From NCBI GenBank assembly GCA_016932255.1, contig JAFGDE010000012.1:58049-122048 (forward strand): a DNA stretch of 64,000 bases, read 5' to 3'. Position 1 is the stretch's first letter, and each line of letters starts with the position of its first letter. Both the position numbers and the translations under genes were made by a program. This DNA is from Candidatus Saganbacteria bacterium. GTDB lineage: Bacteria > Margulisbacteria > WOR-1 > O2-12-FULL-45-9. Below, piece after piece: positions 9,122 through 19,600 of this stretch. The notes below the pieces were generated by a model. It was not told the origin of the DNA and did no database searches. It saw only the letters and a program-made list of their open reading frames with translations.

Positions 9122-9778
9122 TTAGTTCACCTCCGCCTGCGAGTCAACAGGCAGGCAAGCAGGCGCGGCCTGCTGTTGACCGGTCTTTTCTTTGAGATAG
9201 TTCAGCAGGCCGATCAGCAGGCCCAGAGTAATAAAAGCGCCGCCCGGCAGGATCATGATGACCCATGGTTCGAAATTGACCAGGCCGAACAGCGAGCCCG
9301 TACCAAAGATCTCCCTGATCGTGCCCAGCACGGTCAGAGCAACAACAAAACCAGAGCCCATACCCAGCGCATCGACAAAGGACTTCGCCGGGTCGTTCTT
9401 TGAAGCAAAGACTTCGGCCCGGCCCAGGATGATACAGTTGACCACGATCAAGGGCACGAACGGTCCTAAGGCCTTGGAAATATCAGGAAAGATGCCTTTG
9501 AGGAACAGGTCAGCCATGGTCACAAAAGTGGCAATGACCACGATAAATGAAGCGATCCTGACCTGGTCAGGGATAAGTTTCCTGATCAATGAGACGATCG
9601 TACTGGAACAGACCAGAACAAAGGTCGTGGCTAATCCCATGGACAGGCCGTTGATGGTGCTGGTCGTTACGGCCAGTGTTGGGCACATGCCCAGCAACTG
9701 CCTGAAGACCGGGTTCTCGTCCCAGAGGCCTTTGAGGTATTCCGTAAGATATCCGCGTTTTACTTTGCTTGCTGCCAT
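9122..9778 (-). CDS. rnfE: Rnf complex subunit E
   Basis: 218 aa, RnfE/NqrD family ([10 protein letters not shown]...). Confidence 0.9.
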   Translation of the reverse strand: MAASKVKRGYLTEYLKGLWDENPVFRQLLGMCPTLAVTTSTINGLSMGLATTFVLVCSSTIVSLIRKLIPDQVRIASFIVVIATFVTMADLFLKGIFPDISKALGPFVPLIVVNCIILGRAEVFASKNDPAKSFVDALGMGSGFVVALTVLGTIREIFGTGSLFGLVNFEPWVIMILPGGAFITLGLLIGLLNYLKEKTGQQQAAPACLPVDSQAEVN

Positions 9779-10308
9779 TGCTGCACCGTTTTATTAATGA
9801 TGTTCACTACCGCCCGGCTGGAGATGGTCGCGCCTGTGATCGCCTCGATCTGGTTTAACTTGCTGGGCTTGGCGCTTTTGACATATTCGATCGGCGGCTT
9901 GCTGGCCAGGCCCTTGAACTGGGCGGTAAAAGCGCCTTCCGCGATCTTAGCGCCCAGGCCGGGTGTTTCAACCTGCTCCAGCACGATCATGCCAGTGAAC
10001 TTGGAAAAGTCGGCATTAACGCCGACCATCATCTTGATCACGCCCTGATAACCATTGCCCTGACAAAGAATAGCTGTACCGGTCTTTTCTCCCCGTTGAC
10101 CATAGCATTCAAAATACGTCAGGTCTTTGTCCGATATCTGCTTGTATTTGACCGTGCCGGGTACGACCTGAAAGACCGCAGCGTCGTTGGCCTTGATCTG
10201 GTTGACCTTGATCTTGGGCTCGGCCCATTGATACATCAGCGAGAGAATGCCGCCGGAGACCAGGCCGATCACGCTCAGGACCACGATCATTTTTGTCAGT
10301 TTGTTCAC
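9760..10308 (-). CDS. rnfG: Rnf complex subunit G (FMN-binding)
   Basis: Start moved to GTG 10308 (VNKLTKMIVVLSV...) overlapping the rnfD TGA (GTGA). The ORF-track N-terminal 60 aa overlap rnfD and are probably not translated. Confidence 0.75.
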   Translation of the reverse strand: MNKLTKMIVVLSVIGLVSGGILSLMYQWAEPKIKVNQIKANDAAVFQVVPGTVKYKQISDKDLTYFECYGQRGEKTGTAILCQGNGYQGVIKMMVGVNADFSKFTGMIVLEQVETPGLGAKIAEGAFTAQFKGLASKPPIEYVKSAKPSKLNQIEAITGATISSRAVVNIINKTVQQWQQAK

Positions 10309-11273
10309 TTGACCGGCCTCCCAAAACGTTTTTGCGGATAGCCCAGGATGCGCGGCCTGGTATAGCAGTTGATCAGCGGCACAAAGGCGTTCATGATCAG
10401 AATCGAATACATGACGCCTTCGGGCAGTCCGGAAAAAAGCCGGATGACCACGACCAGAACACCAGCAGCTGCGCCAAAGACCCACATACCTTTAGGCGTG
10501 AGCGGCGAAGTGACCAGGTCGGTCGCCATATAGAGCGCGCCCAGCATCAAGCCGCCCGCCAGCAAATGGAACAGCGGATCAGGATATTTTGTCGGATCGA
10601 TCAACCAGAACAAGCCGCCCAGGACAGCCACACTGCCCAGATAGCTGGCCGGAATGCGCCAGTTGATCAGGCCTTTGAACATAAAGAAAAGCGCGGGTAA
10701 AAGCAACAGTAAAGCCGAGGTTTCGCCGATACAGCCGCTGACATTGCCAAAGAACAGCTTGCTGTAGACGGTTGTCTGCTGTTGGAACTTCATCAGGGCC
10801 AGCGGCGTGGCAGAAGAGACCGCCTCAACGCCGCGCCAGAACATCGGCGCAGCCCAGGTAGTCATCTGGACAGGAAAAGCCGCGGCCAGAAAGGCCCGGC
10901 CGACCAAAGCGGGATTAAAAATATTATAGCCTAGGCCGCCGAACAGCATCTTGCCCACAGCAATGGCAAAGACAGCACCCAAGGCTGCCTGCCACCAGGG
11001 CATGACCGGAGAAAGCGTTAAGGCCAGCAGCAGACCGGTCAGCGCGGCACTGCCGTCGCTGATGGTCGGTTCGACTTTCATTATCTTATTGACCGCCAGC
11101 TCGGTCAGCACAGCCGCGATAACGCTGGACAGGATGACCAGCAGGGCCGGCCAGCCGAACAGGACGATACCAGCAATGGTCGCCGGCAGCAGGCCAATGA
11201 TAACGGTCCGCATCATCAGCGGCACTGAGCCAAAGTCATTACTGTGCGGAGATGAAGTTATCAGAAAGCTCAT
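10305..11273 (-). CDS. rnfD: Rnf complex subunit D
   Basis: 322-aa membrane subunit, RnfD/NqrB family. Confidence 0.9.
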   Translation of the reverse strand: MSFLITSSPHSNDFGSVPLMMRTVIIGLLPATIAGIVLFGWPALLVILSSVIAAVLTELAVNKIMKVEPTISDGSAALTGLLLALTLSPVMPWWQAALGAVFAIAVGKMLFGGLGYNIFNPALVGRAFLAAAFPVQMTTWAAPMFWRGVEAVSSATPLALMKFQQQTTVYSKLFFGNVSGCIGETSALLLLLPALFFMFKGLINWRIPASYLGSVAVLGGLFWLIDPTKYPDPLFHLLAGGLMLGALYMATDLVTSPLTPKGMWVFGAAAGVLVVVIRLFSGLPEGVMYSILIMNAFVPLINCYTRPRILGYPQKRFGRPVK

Positions 11274-12583
11274 TTCATTTGCCTCAGCTTATACTTTGCC
11301 AGTCTGACCCACTGGACGATCGGGATCTTAGCCGGACAAACATATGCGCAGCAGCCGCATTCAATGCAGTCCTGGCCGCCCCACTCTTCGAACTCGCCGT
11401 ACTTGCCGTTATCAGCAAAGGCCGCCAGGCGGCTCGGGACAAGGTACATCGGGCAGTTGCTGACACAGCGTCCGCATTTGACGCAGGGATATATCTTTTC
11501 TTCCTTAATGTCGCGCTGGCGCAGGACCAGGATACAGCTGGTCGCTTTGACGACCGGTATGTCGACCGAGGTCTGGGCCACGCCCATCATCGGCCCGCCC
11601 ATGATGATCTTGGAGGCATCCTCGCACAGGCCGCCGCACTGGTCGATCACTTCCTTAAAACTGGTGCCGATGCGCACCAAGAGGTTCTTGGGCTCTTTAA
11701 TGCCCGGCCCGGTCACGGTCAGGACCCGGCTGACCAACGGCTGGCCGCGGGTCAATGCCTCAAAGATGGCAACAGCAGTTCCGACATTGACGACCACCAC
11801 ACCGATATCGAGCGGCAGGCCTCTGGCCGGCACCTCGCGATCCAGTGCCGCCTTGATCAGCATCTTCTCCCCGCCCTGGGGATATTTCGTTTCAAGCACG
11901 ACAACATCAACGATAGCTTCAGAATGCTTGCGCGCCACTGATTTAAGCCGTTCTATCGCGTCAGGCTTATTGTCCTCGATACCGACAACGACTTTTTCCG
12001 CACCGGCGGCCCTGGCCGCGAGCAGCGCCCCCTGAACGATCTCATCAGCTTTTTCCACCATGACCCGGTGGTCAGCTGTGATATATGGCTCGCACTCGCA
12101 GCCGTTGACCAGGATCGTATAGATCTTCTTGCCCTCAGGCGGGGCCAGTTTAACATGGGTCGGGAAAGCCGCCCCACCCAGACCGACAATACCTGCCTCA
12201 CGCACGGCCTGCCTGATCTCTTCAGGCCTCAAAGCATCGGTCTTTCTGCTGTCAACGGTCCTGGCCTTGGGCTCTTCTTCCTCCCCAGCTTCGATGACCA
12301 CAGCAAGGATCTCTGTGCCGCAGGGATGCGGCATTTTATCTATCTTGGTGACCTTGCCGGAAATAGAGGCATGGACCGGCGCGGAAATGAACTTAGAGGA
12401 ATCAGCTATTTTCTGTCCCTGGACGACCTGGTCGCCCACTTTGACCAGCGGCTCACAGGTGGCCCCGGTGTGCTGATGAAGCGGGATAATGACCTTTTTC
12501 GGGGCCGGCAGCTCCCTAATGGCCTTCCCCTGGGTTGCGGTCTTATTGTATTTTAGATGTATTCCCTGAGCGAAAGTTTTCAT
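11270..12583 (-). CDS. rnfC: Rnf complex subunit C (NADH-binding, Fe-S)
   Basis: 437 aa. C-terminal CxxCxxCxxxCP pair (CVKCGRCVSNCP, CIECGCCAYVCP) and RnfC N-terminal domain. Confidence 0.9.
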   Translation of the reverse strand: MKTFAQGIHLKYNKTATQGKAIRELPAPKKVIIPLHQHTGATCEPLVKVGDQVVQGQKIADSSKFISAPVHASISGKVTKIDKMPHPCGTEILAVVIEAGEEEEPKARTVDSRKTDALRPEEIRQAVREAGIVGLGGAAFPTHVKLAPPEGKKIYTILVNGCECEPYITADHRVMVEKADEIVQGALLAARAAGAEKVVVGIEDNKPDAIERLKSVARKHSEAIVDVVVLETKYPQGGEKMLIKAALDREVPARGLPLDIGVVVVNVGTAVAIFEALTRGQPLVSRVLTVTGPGIKEPKNLLVRIGTSFKEVIDQCGGLCEDASKIIMGGPMMGVAQTSVDIPVVKATSCILVLRQRDIKEEKIYPCVKCGRCVSNCPMYLVPSRLAAFADNGKYGEFEEWGGQDCIECGCCAYVCPAKIPIVQWVRLAKYKLRQMK

Positions 12584-12654
12584 TTTTGTCCCTTGTCAAA
12601 TGCTCGATAATTTGGTACGGGGCAAAACAAAACCGAGTTATTATAACATAAAAT

Positions 12655-13086
12655 TTAAGCTGGGAAAATGACCTTAATTACCTTCGCTCTCAATGATCCG
12701 GCCTGCTGGATGCTCCGGTCATACAAGCTGATGATGAAATAGGTCAAGGCAGCTGAACCCAAGCCGCAGACAATGCCGCCCCATTCCTGCCAGACCGCCA
12801 GACCCAGGATACGCGCTAAGGTCGAGCCGATCACATAACCAAGCAGCAGACCGAGCACGGGGACGATAAAAACGATAAAAGATGCCTTGACTATCACTTG
12901 TGAAGGGATTTCTATCTCAACAATATCGCCTTGTTTTGCTCCGAGATCGTTAACAGCTTCAATGCCGACCAGTCCCTCTCCGACATTATGACATAAACGG
13001 CATTTGTCGCAGGCTGCGCTGCGCTGGAAAGCGATCAAAACAATATTGCCCCGGACAGGTCCGGCAACGACCCCCTGTTCCCTCAT
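12655..13086 (-). CDS. rseC: RseC/MucC-family protein (SoxR-reducing system component)
   Basis: 143 aa. N-terminal CDKCRLCHNVGEG Cys cluster and two C-terminal TM helices as in E. coli RseC. Directly upstream of rnfC. Confidence 0.65.
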   Translation of the reverse strand: MREQGVVAGPVRGNIVLIAFQRSAACDKCRLCHNVGEGLVGIEAVNDLGAKQGDIVEIEIPSQVIVKASFIVFIVPVLGLLLGYVIGSTLARILGLAVWQEWGGIVCGLGSAALTYFIISLYDRSIQQAGSLRAKVIKVIFPA

Positions 13087-13457
13087 TAACCGCTCTTTTT
13101 GGCCAGGACCTTCTTGATACGCTCAACGAGATCATCCGGATCGAATGGCTTGGTGATATAATCTGACGCGCCAACCTTCAGGCCCATATCAACATCCTTC
13201 TGCTCTCGCTTGACCGAGACCATAATGACCGGGATATCTTTGTATGTCGAAGCCTTGAGCTCGGCACAAAACTCATACCCGCTCTTGCCCGGCATCATGA
13301 TATCGAGCAGGATCAAGGTCGGTGCGCTTAACCTGACCTTTTCCCAGGCCGCATTGGCATTAGCAGCAGCTTCGACCTCATAGCCAAAAGGCCTGAGGAT
13401 ATCCTCCATCAGGATCGATATCTCAGGTGCGTCATCGACCACCAGGATCTTGGTCAT
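13086..13457 (-). CDS. Stand-alone response-regulator receiver domain (CheY-like)
   Basis: 123 aa: VDD acidic pocket, phospho-acceptor D in LILLDIMMP, K near C-terminus. ATGA overlap with rseC. Confidence 0.8.
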   Translation of the reverse strand: MTKILVVDDAPEISILMEDILRPFGYEVEAAANANAAWEKVRLSAPTLILLDIMMPGKSGYEFCAELKASTYKDIPVIMVSVKREQKDVDMGLKVGASDYITKPFDPDDLVERIKKVLAKKSG

Positions 13458-14887
13458 CTTGACTGTCCTTCCTTCTCTTTGGCCGACGCCTCTTCAACCG
13501 ATTTAGCCGCCGGAAAATCCTGGCCTGCCTGGCCGCCGATCACGTCAAGATTGTTCCTGATCGCGTCCGTGGTCACCCAGTCGCAAACCTTGAGGATCAT
13601 GCGCGGCCGGCCTTTGCTCATTCTGTAAATGTTCTCTATCGCTTCGTCAGTGAACGGCTTGATCCCTTTGCCGCCGGCATCCTCGATGCGCTTGCGGATC
13701 ATCTCTTTGGTATCAGCCTGGCTCAAGTGGTCGATGTAGACCTCCAGTACGATGCGGTCAAAGAACGGCGGGCTGTCCTTCTTGATCTTTTCCCTGGTCT
13801 CAGGCAGTCCGCCCAGCACATAATTCACTCCCTGGATATCACCCAGGCTGCGCATCTGTTGTTCGATCTCAGCCGTGAACTCATGCGCCTCGTCCAGCAA
13901 AATGACCAGCGGTTTCTTTGCCTTCTTGACCAATTCCTCAATATCGTATAGGGATATCTTTTTGGTCTTGCTGAAACGCCCGCCTTTCAGCTCGCCGACC
14001 ACGAACCTGAGCATGTCATCAAAATTAAGCGGCGGCCGGGCGATATAGACCGCATGGTTATTAGGTTTAAGATTGTCGGTCAGCCAGCGCAGCAGAGTGG
14101 TCTTGCCCACACCCTTGTCTCCGTATACCAGGATATGGCCGCTGCGCGTGTTTATCTTTTCCATGATCGAACCTACCTGAGCCGAATAGCCGGTGAACAA
14201 ATTGGGCAAGACATCCAGAGTAAAAGGATTGTGCTTCCAGCCGAACTTGTCGAACCATTTTTTCTGGTTGCCGGTAATCCCTGACCAGACCTTGAGTCTG
14301 GTGCCGCAAACCTGGCAAAACTCAGCTGTCTCCGGGTTCTTGGTCTTGCAGTCCGGGCAGGTCTGACGCCGGCGGCTGGCAATCGTATCACGGATGATGA
14401 AATAAGTCCCGCGGGCGGCAATGATCAGAGTGAAAACAATGACTGTCAGGATCAGCAGCATGATCTGATTAATGGTCGTTTCCATATCGGCAAAATCAGG
14501 TGATTTGGCTTGCGGCAGAACGATCGCCGGCGCACCCCTTGATGCGGCGATCGTGGTGGTCGTGACCCGAATGGCCGCCGGCCGCCGGACCGGAGTTGTC
14601 CGGACAACAGGTTGAGGCTTGGGGGCCCTGCTGGTCGTCGGCAGTGTGGTTGTCGGTGTTTCGCTCACGCCCATCTCTCGTCTGACAACGCCCAATAATT
14701 GCTTTGCCTTATCGTGGGCGGAATCGATCGACAGGACCCTTTCCAGATCAGCCTCTGCTCCAGCCAGGTCACCGCTTAAATATTTCTGGGCCGCACGGCT
14801 GTAAAGCTCGTCAGAAGTGATCCCCGCCGCCAGCGAAGCCGTGATGCAGACCAATAACAGTGAAAGCAGCAGCTTTTTCCAGTCCAC
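13454..14887 (-). CDS. Membrane AAA+ ATPase with periplasmic TPR-like N-domain, Pro/Thr linker, TM helix, zinc ribbon and ExeA/GspA-like AAA domain
   Basis: Signal/anchor MDWKKLLLSLLLVC, second TM INQIMLLILTVIVFTLII, CPDCKTKNPETAEFCQVCGTRL zinc ribbon, Walker A GDKGVGKTT, Walker B LLDEAHEF. Confidence 0.6.
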   Translation of the reverse strand: MDWKKLLLSLLLVCITASLAAGITSDELYSRAAQKYLSGDLAGAEADLERVLSIDSAHDKAKQLLGVVRREMGVSETPTTTLPTTSRAPKPQPVVRTTPVRRPAAIRVTTTTIAASRGAPAIVLPQAKSPDFADMETTINQIMLLILTVIVFTLIIAARGTYFIIRDTIASRRRQTCPDCKTKNPETAEFCQVCGTRLKVWSGITGNQKKWFDKFGWKHNPFTLDVLPNLFTGYSAQVGSIMEKINTRSGHILVYGDKGVGKTTLLRWLTDNLKPNNHAVYIARPPLNFDDMLRFVVGELKGGRFSKTKKISLYDIEELVKKAKKPLVILLDEAHEFTAEIEQQMRSLGDIQGVNYVLGGLPETREKIKKDSPPFFDRIVLEVYIDHLSQADTKEMIRKRIEDAGGKGIKPFTDEAIENIYRMSKGRPRMILKVCDWVTTDAIRNNLDVIGGQAGQDFPAAKSVEEASAKEKEGQSR

Positions 14888-14901
14888 TTTGATACCCCCT
14901 A

Positions 14902-16341
14902 TTATTTCTTTTCCAGTTCCATGATGTTCTGGAGTTTTTTATAAAGCTGGAGCGCCTGAACATTGCCGGGATCTATCTTCAGCACTTCCTGGACCTCTTT
15001 CATTGCCTCTGTATAGTTCTCCTCAGCGATATACTTCCTGGCCAGACCTAAGTGATTGGCCGCTTCCTGTTTAACCTGTTCGGCCACTTCCTTTTCCAGG
15101 GCTTCCTGGGATTCCCGGATCATTTTAACTGCTTCAGGATGGGACGGAACCACCTTGAGCGCCTTATTAAATTCAGCAATGGCTTCCAGATACTGTTTTT
15201 CAGCAAAGAATTTATTGCCGTTATCGATAAAGACCTGGGCTTCTTCCTGCTTCTCAGCTTTAATATCTTTCTCGACCGTGCCTTCTGCCTTTCCAGACAG
15301 CGCGTTCTCAGCTTTGGTCAACAATGCCCGGGCGTCGGCATCATTGGGGTCCAGCTCCAGTACGTTCTTGGCCGCGACGATCGCCTCAGAGAACCTGGCT
15401 TTATCATAATAAGCCTTAGCCATGGCCAGATATTCCAGTTTGATGGCCTGACGGTCATCCCTGGTGCCGAAAGAATAGCTGAAACTGATCTGATGGGCCG
15501 AGCCAAGATCGTCATGGGCCACATAAGCATAATCCAGGCCATAATTGCCGGAACTGATACCTACTCCGGCCCTCATCCGGCCGGCAGCTGAACCATATCT
15601 AAGAGCGACCAGACCGCTGAGCAAATATTCCAGACCATAATTGAGCGAAGCAGTTGACCCGGCACTGCTGACATAGTCAATCGCCAGGGAAAGCTTGTTC
15701 TCAAGCAGCCGGTTAACCGAAGCTAATCCTAAACGATATGTCTGGGGCAAGGGGGTATTTTCCGAGATGAACTTCAGCGGCGTGCCAACGTTCTGCACGG
15801 CCAGGCCAAAGGTCAGGTTCGGATTGAATTCGTAGAGCAAACCGGCGTCAAGGGCTGTGGCAACGGCTGATGAATTCTCCAAATTTTCAGTGATGTTCTT
15901 GGCCCCGATCCCCCAAGCAAAACGCTCATTGACCCTGCGACCCCAGGCAATTGCCAGGCCGGTGTCGGTCGCTTTGATCGTGGAGGTCGGCGCGCCGGTC
16001 GAGTCATAGCCCTGGATGTTGCCTGAATCAAGGATAGAATAGCTGCCGCCAAAAACACCATTATCGGTCGGATACGCCAGATCAAGGTATTGGTGCTTGA
16101 CATCAACGAACCACTGGTTATACATGTAGCCGATCTGAGTGAATTCTGTCCTAGACAGGCCGGCAGGGTTCCAGAAAACAGCTGACGATCCTTCTGCCAA
16201 AGCCACATAGGCGTCCCCCATGGCGATCGCCCGGGCGCCGCCGCCCAAAAGGAGGAACTGGCCGCCGGCAGTGCCAGCACCGGCCCAGGCAAGATCGATC
16301 AGGAGTAATAGCGCGCAACCTGTTATAAATATTTTTTTCAT
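14902..16341 (-). CDS. PorV/PorQ-like outer-membrane beta-barrel fused to C-terminal TPR repeats
   Basis: Signal peptide then GARAIAMGDAYVALAEGSSAVFWNPAGL N-terminal motif typical of PorV/PorQ/UPF0164 barrels. C-terminal ~180 aa with three TPR-like repeats. Confidence 0.5.
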   Translation of the reverse strand: MKKIFITGCALLLLIDLAWAGAGTAGGQFLLLGGGARAIAMGDAYVALAEGSSAVFWNPAGLSRTEFTQIGYMYNQWFVDVKHQYLDLAYPTDNGVFGGSYSILDSGNIQGYDSTGAPTSTIKATDTGLAIAWGRRVNERFAWGIGAKNITENLENSSAVATALDAGLLYEFNPNLTFGLAVQNVGTPLKFISENTPLPQTYRLGLASVNRLLENKLSLAIDYVSSAGSTASLNYGLEYLLSGLVALRYGSAAGRMRAGVGISSGNYGLDYAYVAHDDLGSAHQISFSYSFGTRDDRQAIKLEYLAMAKAYYDKARFSEAIVAAKNVLELDPNDADARALLTKAENALSGKAEGTVEKDIKAEKQEEAQVFIDNGNKFFAEKQYLEAIAEFNKALKVVPSHPEAVKMIRESQEALEKEVAEQVKQEAANHLGLARKYIAEENYTEAMKEVQEVLKIDPGNVQALQLYKKLQNIMELEKK

Positions 16342-16679
16342 TTGTTTATGATCAACCGTCCTTTCGCTTCCTGGCTCTGGCTCTTGATCAGGTAGAGGTA
16401 GATCCCGGAAACGACATCTTCCCCAGCTTGGTTCTTCAGGTCCCAGCTGGCCTGTCCGTCGCCGTCGGTCTCGCTGATCCTGCGCACCAGCGAGCCGTCC
16501 AGCATCGTGATCTCGATGGTGCAGACAGCCGCCAGGTCGATAAAAACGACTTCGTTCGATCCCTGTCCCATCACGTACGGGTCAGGGAAGACCTGGCTGG
16601 TGGTCACGGTCTCGGTACAACCCGACAGCAGCAGACCGGCGATAAACAATAGACCAATTGTTATAATTAATGGTCTCAT
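16338..16679 (-). CDS. Mini-lipoprotein consisting essentially of a T9SS type-A C-terminal sorting domain (FlgD-Ig-like)
   Basis: 113 aa; lipobox LLLSGC; C-terminus ...GDGQASWDLKNQAGEDVVSGIYLYLIKSQSQEAKGRLIINK matches the TIGR04183-like tail and the adhesin tail. 4-nt overlaps on both sides. Confidence 0.5.
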   Translation of the reverse strand: MRPLIITIGLLFIAGLLLSGCTETVTTSQVFPDPYVMGQGSNEVVFIDLAAVCTIEITMLDGSLVRRISETDGDGQASWDLKNQAGEDVVSGIYLYLIKSQSQEAKGRLIINK

Positions 16680-19600
16680 TTGATCACCAGCAATTTACCT
16701 CTCTTGATATCATTGCCGCTCTTGACCACATAAAGATACAGGCCGCTGGCCAGAGCCTCGCCGCTGTCATTCTGCACGTTCCAGCTGGCCACGCCGTCGC
16801 CGTCGGTCTCATTGATCGTCTTGACCAGATCGCCCCGCAGGGTAAAGATCTTGATCGTGCTGACCGAACCCAGGTTGGTAAAGGTCACTGTGGTATGGTT
16901 ATCAGGTGGATTCGGCTTGAATGGGTTCGGGTAGGCATAGGCAGCTGAAACATCCTCAAAAGCCGTGGCCATCAGGGTATAGACCGAGAAATGGCTGACA
17001 ACAGCTGAAACACAGTTCTGGTCAGCATCAACGATCGAGTTGGGCATCCTGATCCACAACCCGTGATCCTCATCCAGGCGATAGATCTTGAGCGCCTTTT
17101 CCATGATCCGCGGGCTGGTGTTATCAACATAACCGTCATCATTCTCGTCGTCGTAATAAAGACTGATTGTGACCGGTGCCGCAAAATCAGAGGTTATCCG
17201 GACATCATCCGTGCCGTAAGCGTTGATCTCGCTGATCGATGAAGTAAAGGGATATTTAAAAGGATCGTTCTCCAGCAGGACCTTGGCATTGGCCTCGGTG
17301 ATCTTGGCCGGGTCGATCTCCCTGGGATCATTGATCGGGTTGCGGTTGATGTCAATGTAAGCGTCATTGCTGACGGCTCCCAATGACAGGACCACTTTGG
17401 TCCGGCCGTCAGCGCTGAAGAAGATATTGCTGATCTGGCGGTCCAACACCGTCCTGAAAGTCCAGGTAAGGTCGAGCGTCAGGTCGTTGCCGTCAAAGTC
17501 TTTGACCGGGCCTGACAGTCTGACACGGTAGGTATAACCCTTTGACAGAGTAGCGGCCGGAGTGAAAGTGAGGACACGGTTCCTTGCCCAGCTGAAAGCG
17601 CCGCTGACCGGCGTATAAACGAAATTGCCCGAGTTGTCGTAAACAGCTTCCATGGAAAAGACCGCCTGGACTTCCAGTGTGCTCATGTCCCTGTCAAAGG
17701 TTACGCTGACCACGGCTTCGGGCGAGACATTGTCAGCTCCGGCGGACGGGAAATACGAGACAACGCCTTCAGGGACCGGCGGCAGGCCGGTAGTATTGGC
17801 AGCGTCGCTCAGGTCGGACTGGCTGGTCGTCTGGTCCGCCGCGTCGGAAGTATTGCGGGACTTTACTTTGAAATAATAATCCGAGACCGGATCGCTTAAG
17901 CCCGTGACAGTGATCGTCCCCCAGTCAAAGGTCGGCTGCCAGGCCGCACTATCGCCGAGAGTGCCGTCGGTCTGGACATATTTATTATGCGAAGAAACGT
18001 AAATGGAATATTCGAGGCCGGCGACCTCGGCCGGATATTTATTTATCTTGACATCGGCAGTTGTCGCTGTCCCATTGCTCACCGTCGGCACCGCCGGAGT
18101 ATACGGCTTTATATACTGTTTTACTGTGCTGGGCGAAGTGTTCTCATTGTCGCCGATATTGCCGAAATCATCGACCGCGGTGCACTTGACCTGGCTGACA
18201 TAGTCATTGCCGTCAAGTGTCGCTCCAACGGCCGTGGCCTGCGGCGATGGCGTGGCGGTATTGGCCTCCCCGGTGGTCGGGCTGCCGTACGCGCCGCCAT
18301 TGAGCGCCAGGTCAAACGTATTGGTATCAGGATTGATCTCGGTAAAGGCCGCGCTAAGCGTTACCGTTGTCTGCCCGGCCCGGGGCTGTGTCTGAATATC
18401 TGTCGCGCTGGCCACGGCAGGATCAAGATTGTCAACATTAAAGCCTGTGGGCGAAACTCCGTACGTGCTGTTGCTGCTGCCGTCATCGACCTGGAACCTG
18501 ATCTGCACGTTCTGACTGTACGCGTCATCGATATATTCCTTGGAATTGTCCCAGACCAGTGTATGCAGAGTGCCGCTCATATCGGAAGCCGAGCTTAAAC
18601 CCGTCTTGGTCCCGGCCACATCTGCGTCAAGGATATTGTTCCAGCCGCCGCCATTGACCTGATATTGCACACTGCCGCTGACGACCGAACAATCGTCAAG
18701 GTCAAGGTCCCGGATCCTGAAAGTAAAGGTTATCCGCCCGCTCCTGTCAGTGGCCTGGACCAGTACCGGCAGCTGGTTCTGCGTTGAACCGTCGTTCAAT
18801 GCCGGAGCTGTGTTGGCGGAAGAAGCGCCGCCGGACAAACTGCTTTCCGGATTATCGCCGTTGGGGTTGCGGGATTTGGTGCTGAAAACATAATTACTCA
18901 CCGGAGCCGATAGTCCCGTGACCGTCTTGGTGCCCCAAGCCGCGATGGTCTGCCAGACCGCGGCGCCGCCCAATGTCCCACCGGCCTGGACATATTGACC
19001 GCCACTCTCACGGATGGCGTATTCCAGGCCGCTGGCTTCACTGGCATTCTTGTTAACAGTAACATTGACCGTTGTGACAGTTGGAGTATCGACCGTCGGC
19101 GCCGGCGGCGTATACGGTGTCACGCCATCATTTGCCGGCGCCAGTGTTTCATTGATGCCGACATTGCCAAAGTCATCAACAGCTACGCAGCGAACTTTGC
19201 TGATATAATCATTGCCATCCAGGGTTGCGCCTGCGGCCACAGCCTGGGCTGACGGATCAGCCGTGTTGCTTTGCCCGGCAGTGCCGGCTCCGTAAGTTGG
19301 ACCGTTAAGCGCCAAATAAAATGTATTGGTATTCGGATTGGATTCAGTGAACGAACAGTCCAGGATAACCGTTGTACCGCCCGCCTGAGGTCGGCTGGTA
19401 ATATCCGTGGCAGCCAGGGCCGCCGGATCAAGATTGTCAACATTAAAGCCTGAAGGCGACGTGCCGTCAGCACTGGTCAAGGCGCCGTCGCTGATATTAA
19501 AGCGCACCTGGACGTTAGTACTGACCGCGTCATCGATATGTTCTTTTGAGTTATCCCAGACCAGTGTATGAAGTGTGCCGGAATAATCAGTTGCCGAGCT

